Below are positions 49,407-59,568 of a stretch of 64,000 nucleotides of DNA, piece by piece. The stretch spans positions 8,494,001 to 8,558,000 of the forward strand of contig JBHGNT010000014.1 of assembly GCA_043228905.1 (NCBI GenBank), in the 5' to 3' direction. A model generated the notes under the pieces. That model was not told the origin of the DNA, searched no databases, and saw only the letters and a program-made list of their open reading frames with translations. The DNA comes from Azolla caroliniana (Eukaryota; Plantae; Polypodiophyta). How positions within the stretch are numbered: the first letter of the stretch is position 1; each line of letters starts with the position of its first letter. Both the position numbers and the translations under genes were made by a program.

Positions 49407-51604
49407 ATGGCGTCCTCAAGCAACCAAGCGGGAGAGCTCGAAAGGATGATGCTAATCGTTGAGCAAATGATGAGATCTCGGGACAACGATGCGAGCGTGG
49501 AGAAGGCTGTCGATCGTGTCGTAGAGCTCGAGGGCCAATTCGATGGAAGGAATGTTACGAAGTTCCTTGATGCATATAGAAGGGAGATGAATCAGAGGGA
49601 CGTGTCCAAGGCACGTCAAATCGCAAGCTTCAGAGAGTTGTCGCAAACAACATCCAAAGACACGTCATCGAGCTTCAAGAAGGTAAGACAACATGGTCCG
49701 AGTTCGAGAAAACGATACTAGCGGAGTTCGTGACTGAAGACTCCACGAGGATGACTCGACATGCCCTGATGAAGTGGATAGAGAAGAAGAATAAGAAGAT
49801 GAGCGTCTCGAGGGTGTACGACGAATTCGACCAGATGTTTAGTCGTCTCCCCAATACGGACCAAGTGTTGCTTGAAGAGGACAAGACTTTGTACTTCTTG
49901 AAGGCCGTGGACATAAAGGATAGACGGGAGTTGGGGACTCTTCTCGAAGATGATACCCAAGCAAATGGGCTCGTAGCGGACTGGATCGCGGTGAAGCAGG
50001 CATGCAATAGGCTCGACAAGCGTCGCCAATGGGTTGATGACACCGACTTGACGGGACCGACTACCACGGAGAAAGCAAGACCGCCGAAAGTAGTTGAGCC
50101 GCCAAGACAAAGTAACGTGGAAGAAAAGAAGATTGATGATGACATCATTGAAGAGCTAGCGAAGAAGTTCGAGAAGGTCACGCTAGCCAACATGAATCGT
50201 CGGGTCCCTAAAGGAAAAGAACCCTTTAGATGCGTGTGGTGCGATAGCATGGACCACATGAGAAGGGATTGTGCGAGCCTTCGAGAGGCGATTCGACAAA
50301 ATATCGTATACATAGAGGACAACATGATCTACTCAAGCGAGACTAGAAGACCCCTACGGGTGAATTTCGGAAGAGGAGGAATGAAGAAATCTATGGAGGA
50401 TGCCGATGCGACTCATGTGGATGCGATGCACTATGCTGCGTTGGCCGGAATAAGAGTCGGGAAAGACAAGACTGAAGCTGCTAGAGCGGGAGCAAAGTTT
50501 TGGACTTCCGTTCTCGAATATGAGAAGAAGGGAAAAGTCACGTCGAACGAGGTAGAGCTTGCGGACCGAAGCGTGCAAAGCATAACCGGGTGGTCGGATC
50601 CAGTGGACGACAACACCATACTCGCAGAGGTGATGTGCGACAACCATGAGGTGTTCGTCGAAGAAAAGAGAAAGAGAATAGAAGAGCAAGGCCCATCTAA
50701 AAGACATGAAACAAGGAACGCGAAAAAGAAGGACGATGCGGAGACGAGTCGACCTTTACAATCGGAGGAACGAGAATCAAGCCGAAAAGGGGAGCCGAGC
50801 ATACGAGTTGAAGAAACGGTGCGGCCCGTGAAGGTTGGTGTCGAAGACCCCGCTCGGAGGACTAGGACTATACCTACCTATAAGCTAAGGTCGGACATAG
50901 AGCAGATGACAGACCTAAAGAAGATTCTCGAAGAACGAGTTCTTGATAGCCACGTAACTTTGTCCTTGAGGGAATTGCTTGGCATTACGAAGAAGGAGTT
51001 CCATGACACGATCGTGGACCTTGTAAAGAGAAAGAGACAACAATCGGACGAGGAAGAAGAGAAGCTGCAAAAAGCAAAAACGAACGCCATAACGATGGCA
51101 AGAGACGAAATCGATGAAGATATGGTGGATAGCAACTACACTCGACTTCATTGGGCATGAGCGACAACGGAGACGCCGGGGAAGATCGGGGAGAAGAAAG
51201 AGACCGTCGTAGCTTTGATCGACCACGACTCGGAGATCAATCTCATGTCAATCGACTTCTACAAAAAGGGAAGATGGCCAATCAGTACAAACCACGGATG
51301 GAAGATTCGCGTGGCAACAAAGTCTACGGAGGACTTGTACGGAGCTTGTCCCAATGTCAAAGTCACGATCGGGGATGTGGAGATAGATCAACACTTCTTC
51401 GTACAAGAATCGGCGTCACATCCTGTCATCCTAGGGCAACCTTATATCACATCATCTCGGATGGAGACCAGAGTGTTTGATAATGGAGCAGCCTTCGCAC
51501 GAATAAAGAGTCTTGACAACCAAAGATCGGTCCAATTCCTAACGGTGCGAGCCAATCATGAAAGGAATCGAGATAGTCTCGGAGGCGAATCCTCGGATTT
51601 TTAG
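49407..51604 (+). pseudogene. T3 ORF1: gag plus aspartic protease
   Basis: CVWCDSMDHMRRDC knuckle; ALIDHDSEINL..VILGQPY protease in the same frame past one TGA. Confidence 0.85.
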
Positions 51605-54600
51605 AGCAGACTATTGAAGCATGGGGCACAAATAGTCCGAGCAATCACAAGACCCCACAAGAAAGAAGAGTGCGTGGATTGCAAGGAGAAGCAACATGTG
51701 TCACACCTAGTGGCGCATGTAAACTAGTACTACCCGACAAGAAGCACAAGCGCCGGATACAAGAATTCGAGAAGATGCTGAAAGAAGAGAACATAATAGA
51801 AGAAGGAGAGTTCGTGACTCATATTATGGAAGAAGCCTCATTTAACGACACCATCGGCGAAATCGAGGACGTCGTGGACTTGAGCTATCTTCACAACCAA
51901 CGCGTGATTTCGGTTAACTCCGTCAACATGTACGCTATCATCGATGAATACCGTCGTGGCATCTCGATGAAGGAAGCTGACATCAACACGAAATATAAAA
52001 CGGTGGATAAGAAGATCAAGCCAGTTGCGGTTCCGCTACCGGAAGATAGCTGGCAAAAGATGAAGGAAGTCGCTAACGATCCAAGCTTAAGAGATCCGAA
52101 GAAGATAGGTCATGTCTTCACCAAAGAGACGAAGGGGAAGCTACGAGTTGGAAAGGAGGATTTCCTTCTCCCTGAAGAGGAGCGAATGTTTCGCGATATG
52201 CTTGAGAGACATGGGAAGGCTTTCGCATTCTTCCCACGAGAAATCGGATGCGCCGACCCAAAGGTTATAGAGCCGATGGTGATCTTCACGGTGCCTCATG
52301 TGCCTTGGAATTTGAAACCGATACCGGTTCGAGAGCACACCTTCCGAAGCTGATCGAGCTCTTAAAGGAGAAGGTGAGTATGGGAATTCTAGAACCGTCG
52401 AATTCTCCTTATTCCAATAGATGTTTCACGGTGCCGAAGAAGAATGGATCATTGCGATTCATCCAGGATCTTCAACCCGTCAACAAGGTGACAATTCGAA
52501 ATGCCGGAATCGGTCCGAGCGTGGACGAATTTGCCGAAGCGTTTGCGGGCTGGTCCTTCTACTCCATTGGCGATCTCTACTCCGGATATGACCAATTCCA
52601 ATTGGCGATCGACAGTCGGGACATTACAACCATGAGGACTCCGATCGGGCTTGTGCGGATGTGTACCTTACCCCAAGGCGCAACGAACTCGGTGGCTCAT
52701 ATGGTGAATGCCATGAATAAAGTCTTGAAGGATTGCATTCCGGACATCACGATGCCATTCTTGGATGATATTCCGATAAAAGGATGTTCGGATGAGGAGA
52801 AAGATGAATCGAAAGATAAGGAAGGTTGTAGAAAGTTCGTTGCGGAACATATGAAAGATTGCGAGAAGGTGCTTCAAAGGCTCGAAGATGCGAATTTGAC
52901 ATTTTCGGGAGAAAAATCCGCATTCGGGCAACCGGAGATCTTGGTGGTAGGTCACTTGTGTGGAGCATACGGCCGGAAGCCCTCGCCATCCAAAGTGAAT
53001 GCAATCCAAGACATGAAAGAAGAATGCGAAAACCAAACGGAGGTTCGAAGGTTCCTTGGAGCATGCGCGTTTTATCATATATGGATTCCTCACTACGCTC
53101 ATGTCGCCGAACCGTTATATGGACTACTAAAGAAAAGAATAAAGTTCGAATGGCGAGACGAGCACACAAAGGCGATGCGAAGATTAAAGAAACTGCTTCT
53201 TGAAGCTCCGGCACTAAGGAAGGCTGACTATGCCGAAGGGAAACCAATTTACGTAACCGTAGATACGAGTCCAACCGGAATCGGGTGGGTCATCAACCAA
53301 GAAGGTGAAGATAATGCGCGATATGCCGTCCGGTTCGGAGCAAAGGTTCTCAGCGAACGGCAACAAAGATATGCCCAAGTCAAGCAAGAACTTTGGGGTA
53401 TTGTGTCAGCAGTGAAGACGGACAAAGATTACTTGATCGGGTCAGAAGTGATAATAGAGACAGATTGTCTCCCAATTCTCGGAATGGTCTCGGGATGTGC
53501 GACCCCAGATCTTGTTATGCTAAGGTGGATCACCTACATCAAGTCTTTAAACCCAGAGATCCGTCACATTGCAGGGAAGAAGAACGCCATGGCTGACATG
53601 CTGTCGAGGGCAAGATTTTCAAATGGAAGTAACATGGTTTCGGAAGATGAAGATGTCGCCCTCGACTTCTTCAAGATGGCTCGATTGCCGGCGGAAGACC
53701 AGGACACGCAAACCCTCCACGCCTTCAACGAGAACGAGTACGAAGGAGAGTGGTTACTCATTGGTAGATTCCTAAGAACATTGACGGCAGATGCTTCGTT
53801 GACAAAGGAGGAGGCCCTACGAATCCGAAAGAAAGCTTACCGATACTTCTTGAAGGGAGGATTCCTTTGGCGACATCCAAAAAGAAGGACAGGAATACCA
53901 CGTCGAGTGGTGGTAAAGAAAGAAGAGCAAGAGACGCTGATGACCGAATTCCACGAGAGTGCTTGGGCAGGTCATAGAGGAACATGGGCGACGTTCGAAA
54001 AGTTGAAGGAGAAGTACTGGTGGCCAAGCATGTACAAAGATGTACTCCATTTCATGTCCACATGCGAAACTTGCCAAGTATATTCAAATATACGTCATCG
54101 TGATGAGTTAAAGCCGACATACCCACTCACCATACACTTCAAATGGATGGTGGATCTGGTCTCGATGCCAATGGGAGTGGGACAAATGAAGTACTTAGCG
54201 CTGGCAAGGGAAGACTTGACAAATCAAGTGGAAGGACGAGCCTTGACAAATAAGGCGACTTCAGCCGTTTGCAAATTTTTACTTGAAGATGTTGTTTGCT
54301 GATATGGATGTGTAGGGAAGATAGTGGCCGACCGAGGGGAGTTGGACGCGCACGAAGCGACGGAGCTCTTCGAAAGACTAGGCATGAAGCTCTCCCTCAC
54401 GACTGTCTACAATCCGGAAGCAAATGGGAAGATCGAGCGAGGGCATGGACCTATCGTTAAAGCCATCGTACGGGCATGCAACGGTCAAGTCGGGAATTGG
54501 CCACGACTATTACCCTATGCCTTGTGGGCCGATAGAACGACACATAGCTCGGTGACAGGGTATATGCCGACGGAGCTTATGTATGGACAAAAGCCGATTA

Positions 54601-55087
54601 TGCCCATCGAAAGGACGATCGCCTCATGGGTAGCGATACCGTGGGAGAACGAGATGAGCCGAGAAGAGTTATTAGCGGCGCGGATAAGGCAACTTGAAAG
54701 AAGACCTGAAGATTTAGAAAAAGCGCGAAAGATGATGAAGGCAGCCCGAGTAAAGAACAAAGTTCGGTTCGACAACACGCATCGACTTCGTCCCAAGATA
54801 TTGAAGAAGGGGATTGGGTTTTGGTTTACGACAGCACCCTTGACAATCAACACAGTACAACAAGGAAGTTTGCAAGAAGATGGTTCGGGCCGTATGTGGT
54901 GACAAGTGCCAACGATAATGCCACATACCACCTTGCGGAACTAGACGGATCAAGGTTAGCCATACCCATTGCGGGAAAAAGAGTAAAGATTTTCAAGAAA
55001 AGACAAGACAAGGATCCTAACCTCGATTACCTCGACAATGAACATAATAGGCCGGATGAAAATGCAGACATGGAGGAATCTAATTGA
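51595..55087 (+). pseudogene. pol: T3 ORF2: RT-RNase H-integrase, in the -1 frame relative to ORF1
   Basis: DLYSGYDQF, LPQGATNS, PFLDDIPIKG, VDTSP, HESAWAGH..CETC, ADRGEL..NPEANGKIE. Confidence 0.92.
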
Positions 55088-55159
55088 TCATCGTAACCAA
55101 AATCTCACTTTCTCTCTTCTTGGCACGTACCGGAGGATGTGCGGTTTGGTGGGGGTGGA

Positions 55160-56123
55160 TGTCGTGAAGATTTTCGGCAATAATGTGAAAATCCCATAAA
55201 ACGTACGAAATCGAGTATGAATCACATAATACAATAATTGTGAAGATAACATTTTAAATAAATTTAATATCTAAGTACAAAATGATGGAGGTTTCAAATG
55301 CACTTTATTATACGAGAAACGGACAACTAAATGTCAAGATATGAGGGTATAAAGTTTGTGAAAGGAAAAGAGAAAATTGTGAGATATCCCACATAGGCAC
55401 GACAAATACGGCTCTCATCATATATAAGGTACTCGTAAAGGGTTTTGGCCAACCAAAATCGGACCGGCAATGGAGTCGGTGATCCAACGGCATCCGACGG
55501 CAAAACGGCATCCGGCGACGGCACCGGTAATCGACGAACCGGCATCCGGTGACTAGATAAATAAATATATAAATATATATATTTACAAGGAGGGCAAGTA
55601 AAGATTCGAACCTTGCACCTCCGAGTTAGGAGTCAATTAGCTTACCATTAAGCCATGACATTTAGTTGAATTTATATTTCTATCATTGTACTTTTACATG
55701 TAAATTCTCATACATGAGAGCTAAAATGAGTGACATGGTTATCATGCACCACATGTAATACATAAGCGCCAAATGGCAAACATGCATTTTATGCATGTCT
55801 TGTACCCTCACATGCATCCTATGCATGAGAGCATCTATAAAAGAAGGAAGGGGGAGGAGAAAAAACACGTTTTTTTTATTATGAAATTAAGAAGAAGAAA
55901 TTCGTTATCAAATTGATCGTGTAACTTGTTTCTTAAATCCAAAGATAAAAGTTCAATCAATCGCTCTCAATCGTTTAATCGCAACTCCTCTCTTTCCCAA
56001 TCTATCTTAAGTACTTTCTCGCTAAAGCTTGCGCCAAAGCTTGTACCGACTTTGAATCCTTCCAGTCCAGAACCCCGGCGGTTCCGCCTCATGATCCGCA
56101 CATAGTGACGGATCTTCACGACA
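55160..56123 (+). repeat. 3' LTR of T3
   Basis: Direct repeat of 48263-49339, preceded by a PPT. Confidence 0.95.
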
Positions 56124-56681
56124 CCGGATGATGAGTACCCGGCTATGGATGACCCGATGAGAACCGGATGATGAGTGCATGGCAAGCGTCGGATGATGCA
56201 AGCCCGGTGAAGAGTGATCATCGGATGAAGGGACATATTTGTAAATATGTTTCTAAGAGTCCATCGGGGCTATATTTGTAAATAGCCGAAAAGTCATATT
56301 AGTATAAATATGACTTAGGGCAAACAGAGAAGATAGTGTTGTTGTCATTCTTGTTGGTGCAAGACTTGAGAGCGTGTAACAGTGTATAGAGAGAGAGAGA
56401 GAAAGAGACGAAGAGTTCGTATCTCTGTTGTATCCGCCGCCTGTGGCGAAGATAGCAAGCTCGAGTTCGTTGCCTCGGTGCTTCACTATTGTACATTCTG
56501 ATATAGTGATAGTTTGCAGTCTGTGGGTTGCCGTGGTTTTTCCCTAGTTTGGGTTTTCCACGCTAACATCCTATGTACTCCTCTCTCCATTGTGTTGTGC
56601 TTTCATTTCCCGTTTTCTATGTATGATTCTAAGCTCGGTTGTGGCCGAGCGTTGCGCATAGGGAGTGTGCAGTTCCTGTCA

Positions 56682-56727
56682 TAAACCGTTTGTTAACGCG
56701 TTTAGCACACCTGGCTAACCGTTTTTT
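56682..56727 (-). promoter_or_regulatory. Putative -1 programmed ribosomal frameshift signal between PLE ORF1 and RT
   Basis: A_AAA_AAC (56727-56721) in the ORF1 frame, 9-nt spacer, then a hairpin completed by 43348-43355. Confidence 0.75.
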
Positions 56728-59118
56728 GGTCTACTAGGTTGTGGGTCTCCTAGTGGTTTTGGGGGAGGACAAGGTTTTGATGTATTTTTATAGTGTTTAT
56801 AGTTTTTATGTGAGGGAGTGTTAGAATAAAAGTTGGGGGTTTTTGTGTTAGGAAGAAATGGGGGGGGGGGGGTTAGTGTAATATGGAGGATGTGTAGGGG
56901 GGAGATGAGTTGAATATGGAGGATGTGTTGGGGGGGAATGATAAGTATAATGAGAGTGATGTGGGCTAATTAAAGGGGTATGGGTAGGGTAAGGATTTGA
57001 AAAAAGGTGGGGAAGGGCATTATGAAAATTAGATGATAATGGGGGAGGTGTAGAGTGATAAATGGAAGAAAATTGTGGGGGGTTTGAATGGAATTCTTCA
57101 AAATAAGGGGGGTGGGTAGAGTAAGAATTAGACAAAAAGGGGGAGGGGGTATCCATGTAATATTTAGAAAGTAAAAAGGGGGTAGGAAGAGGAGGATGGG
57201 GGAACGAGTGAGAGAAAGAGGGAGGGGGGGAGGAGGAGGAGGAGGGAGTTGTTTTTACAGAGAGGTTGCGTGGGGGAGAGAGGAGTGGGGAAGATTAGGG
57301 TTACGTAGGTGGGAGACATTATTTTCTTCATAATACATGCGTGGGGTTGGGAGGAGAGGGGGCATGTATCCATGTCGGCTGCCTTGTGTAGTCCCGTGCA
57401 TCATGCCATGGAGGGGGGGTTGTAGATCTATAGGCCGGTTGTCATACACAGTCCGGAGCCTTACATTGGAGGGGGAGAACGGGTATGTATGATGGTTTCT
57501 GTTTCCGTTTCCATAGATATGGTCGTTACCGGGTCGAAGATGGAGTGGCGGACATGCTTGTAATTGTGAATGGTGTTGGTCGCGTCGGCGTTCATTGTGA
57601 GTGGGTGGGTGGTTCCTGTCGAATGTCGGTACTGAAGTATGTGGATCCGACACATATGGTGGATGGTGTCCGGCGCTAATTGTGGTATAGGGATGTGAGG
57701 GAAGTTTATTTTGGTTAATAAATGTGACCCTCATGCCATTAAGGTTGAAAGGGGGACGGAGTTCTTACTGACTTCGTGTGTGGCTATATTGCAGGTAAAT
57801 CGGGGGAGGGAGTGATGATTGGTTGGTCGGAGAGGCTTTTGTTGCAAGGGTTTAGGGTTAGGTTTATGGTTGGTGTTATTTTTAGGGTTAGGCTTATGGT
57901 TGGTGTTATTTTTAGGGTTAGGCTTATGGTTGGTGTTATTTTTAGGGTTAGGCTTATGGTTGGTGTTATTTTTAGGGTTATTGTTAGGGTTATTGTTAGG
58001 GTTAGTAATAGGGTTGGTTTTAAGCTTATGATTAGTGTTAGGATGTATCTTTTTAGGACCAAATGGTCAGATAGGCACATCACTATTATGTTTAGCACTA
58101 CTCGTGTTATCGAGAGTTGTAAAGTGTGATGGACTGTTATAATAATCTTCATAGTCATTCTCTTCACTCATCTCTATATCTATTTTTCTAATGTTTAACT
58201 TCTCTGACGTATCTGCAATACTTATGTGTGTTTTTTCTAAGAGTTCATTGTTTGTGAGTGATTTTTCTTTATATTTAGTAGCATTTAAATGTATGGTAGT
58301 TTCGATTGTGTGATTCATTGCAAAATCATCACATGCCTGTAAAATTTCTATAGCAAAGGTTTGTTGCCATAATGCTAAGGTTTCTTTAAAAGTATTACTA
58401 TTAGTATTAGAAGATATTGATTGCGAATATAAGGGCTCTTGAATGACTTCAGCGATCTTACTTATATCTAATATAACTTTATTAGGAAAATCATTCAAGT
58501 CTTTAGCATAGTTATGAGCGAGTAAGTCTAGATGTTTAATATAACATCGAGTTAGTTCTTTATTATATTGTTTAGTGATAGTATTAAACTCATTATGCAT
58601 ACGAATATTTAACTCCTCATGTTCTATATTCAAGTTAGGTGGTTTGGTTCTTAAGCTAGGAGGTGTAAGATCGTGTTCATTTAGGTTTAAAATACGAGTA
58701 TAAGTAGTTTTGGTTTTCTTAGAGCGTCGATAAAGGGATTTAAACTTGGCTATGATTTTAACTTTATAATCATTAAAATGTTTAGAATAAAGAGTGGCAT
58801 CCGACAAAGTACCTTGTCTTTATTTGAGTGCAAGAGTTTTGGAGATATTAAAGGCGCCCTTGGTCTTTTGCTTGGCTATTTGTTGGCGCTTCGTCAGATT
58901 CGGAGAATACGACGTCGAGTAGGGGAATTTATAGAAGCTCGTAGTCTTTTATTGGGTCTTTTGTTGGCGTTATGTGGTTTGGTGGGTGTTGGTGTCGCTG
59001 ATGCTTCCGCCGCAAAGGTCATCACTTTATTAGGAGGGAACTCTTCACTAAATGGTTCCTCAAGGTTAGTTGAGTTAAGCCCATTGTGGGTTCCATGCTC
59101 CAGTGATGCACTCTCCAT
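56715..59118 (-). pseudogene. PLE ORF1 (about 800 aa; helical N-terminal part, N/P/H-rich low-complexity C-terminal part), decayed
   Basis: ATG 17 nt after the pLTR remnant. The 246-aa ORF 58067-58807 extends both ways past single stops. Further segments are 57255-57734 and 56848-57156, ending PSRPKNG*. Confidence 0.7.
57851..58004. repeat. 30-bp tandem repeat x4.3 plus 12-bp units in PLE ORF1 (encodes NPKNNTNHKP)
   Basis: TTTAGGGTTAGGCTTATGGTTGGTGTTATT at 57851, 57881, 57911 and 57941. Confidence 0.9.
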
Positions 59119-59151
59119 AGATATTTTCGGATGTATCTTACTAGGACCAAA

Positions 59152-59186
59152 TTTGCCTAAGACCACCGCCGTCTTTGAATTAAAAA

Positions 59187-59232
<46 letters not shown>

Positions 59233-59334
59233 GTGTATGTTGCCTACTTTCTCTTGTTTAGCTTAAGCACCCTCTAATCGTCGTGTGCCTATCCCTACGC
59301 ACTCCTTGTTTCGACCATTTGGTCCTAGTAAGAT
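59152..59334 (+). repeat. Inverted pseudo-LTR at the PLE 5' end (expanded TC microsatellite)
   Basis: Reverse complement of 40778-40932. Confidence 0.9.
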
Positions 59335-59354
59335 AGTCCCATTAGGGGGCAGTT

Positions 59355-59568
59355 TGTTGGCATAATGACTCGACTCCTTCCACTTTGTATCCTAGTGTGA
59401 ACACGTCCAAAGAGTTAGGGCTTAATATATAACCAATAACCTAACATTGTAATTGTCACCTCTTGATCATTCTTGTATATCTTGAATCTCTAAGAGAGAG
59501 AGAATAATAGAGAAAGCTTCCATTTGAGCTCATCCTGTGTCTACGGTTCAATCATATCCTCTGTCACA
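59355..59568 (+). repeat. Possible short LTR preceded by a PPT
   Basis: AGGGGGCAGTT followed by TGTTGG, TATATAA and a (GA)n stretch. No partner LTR or TSD in the window. Confidence 0.3.

Larger units (their letters stand above)
48263..56123 (+). mobile_element. Full-length tRNA-Trp-primed Ty3/gypsy element T3, inserted in the 3' LTR of copia E
   Basis: LTRs 48263-49339 and 55160-56123 with 12-bp terminal inverted repeat TGTCGTGAAGAT..ATCTTCACGACA; 4-bp TSD CCGG; PPT GGTGGGGGTGGA. Confidence 0.95.
43361..56681 (+). mobile_element. Full-length Ty1/copia element E (Tnt1/Tork-like), inserted in the PLE
   Basis: TSD TAAAC (43356-43360 and 56682-56686); 5' LTR 43361-44057; PBS TGGTATCAGAGC 44061-44072; PPT about 48104-48117; 3' LTR 48120-48262 plus 56124-56681. 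Confidence 0.95.
40778..59334 (-). mobile_element. Endonuclease-less Penelope-like retroelement (about 5.2 kb after removing nested 43361-56686) with pseudo-LTR and inverted pLTR
   Basis: PLE-type RT; terminal inverted repeat 40778-40932 versus 59152-59334; hammerhead motif; the reading frame is continuous across the copia TSD. Confidence 0.88.

Noticed and set aside
57851-58004. Interstitial telomere or telomeric capture by the PLE (TTTAGGG/TTAGGG words)
   Set aside because: Only one heptamer per 30-bp unit. The unit length is a multiple of 3 and reads in the ORF1 frame as Asn-Pro-Lys repeats. It is not at an element junction.
43200-58080. In-frame TGA codons in the PLE as selenocysteine or readthrough
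   Set aside because: The same copy also has a TAA stop and frameshifts, and the TGAs are readily explained as CGA>TGA decay.
56682-59118. N-terminal GIY-YIG endonuclease (Naiad/Chlamys-type PLE)
   Set aside because: No GIY/YIG or CxC linker is recognisable upstream of the RT in the frames examined, and a hammerhead is present. A profile search is still needed to exclude a divergent domain.
40778-59334. DNA transposon or DIRS element, based on the terminal inverted repeats
   Set aside because: No transposase, tyrosine recombinase or RNase H. The RT motifs and hammerhead are PLE-type, and inverted pLTRs are a known PLE arrangement.
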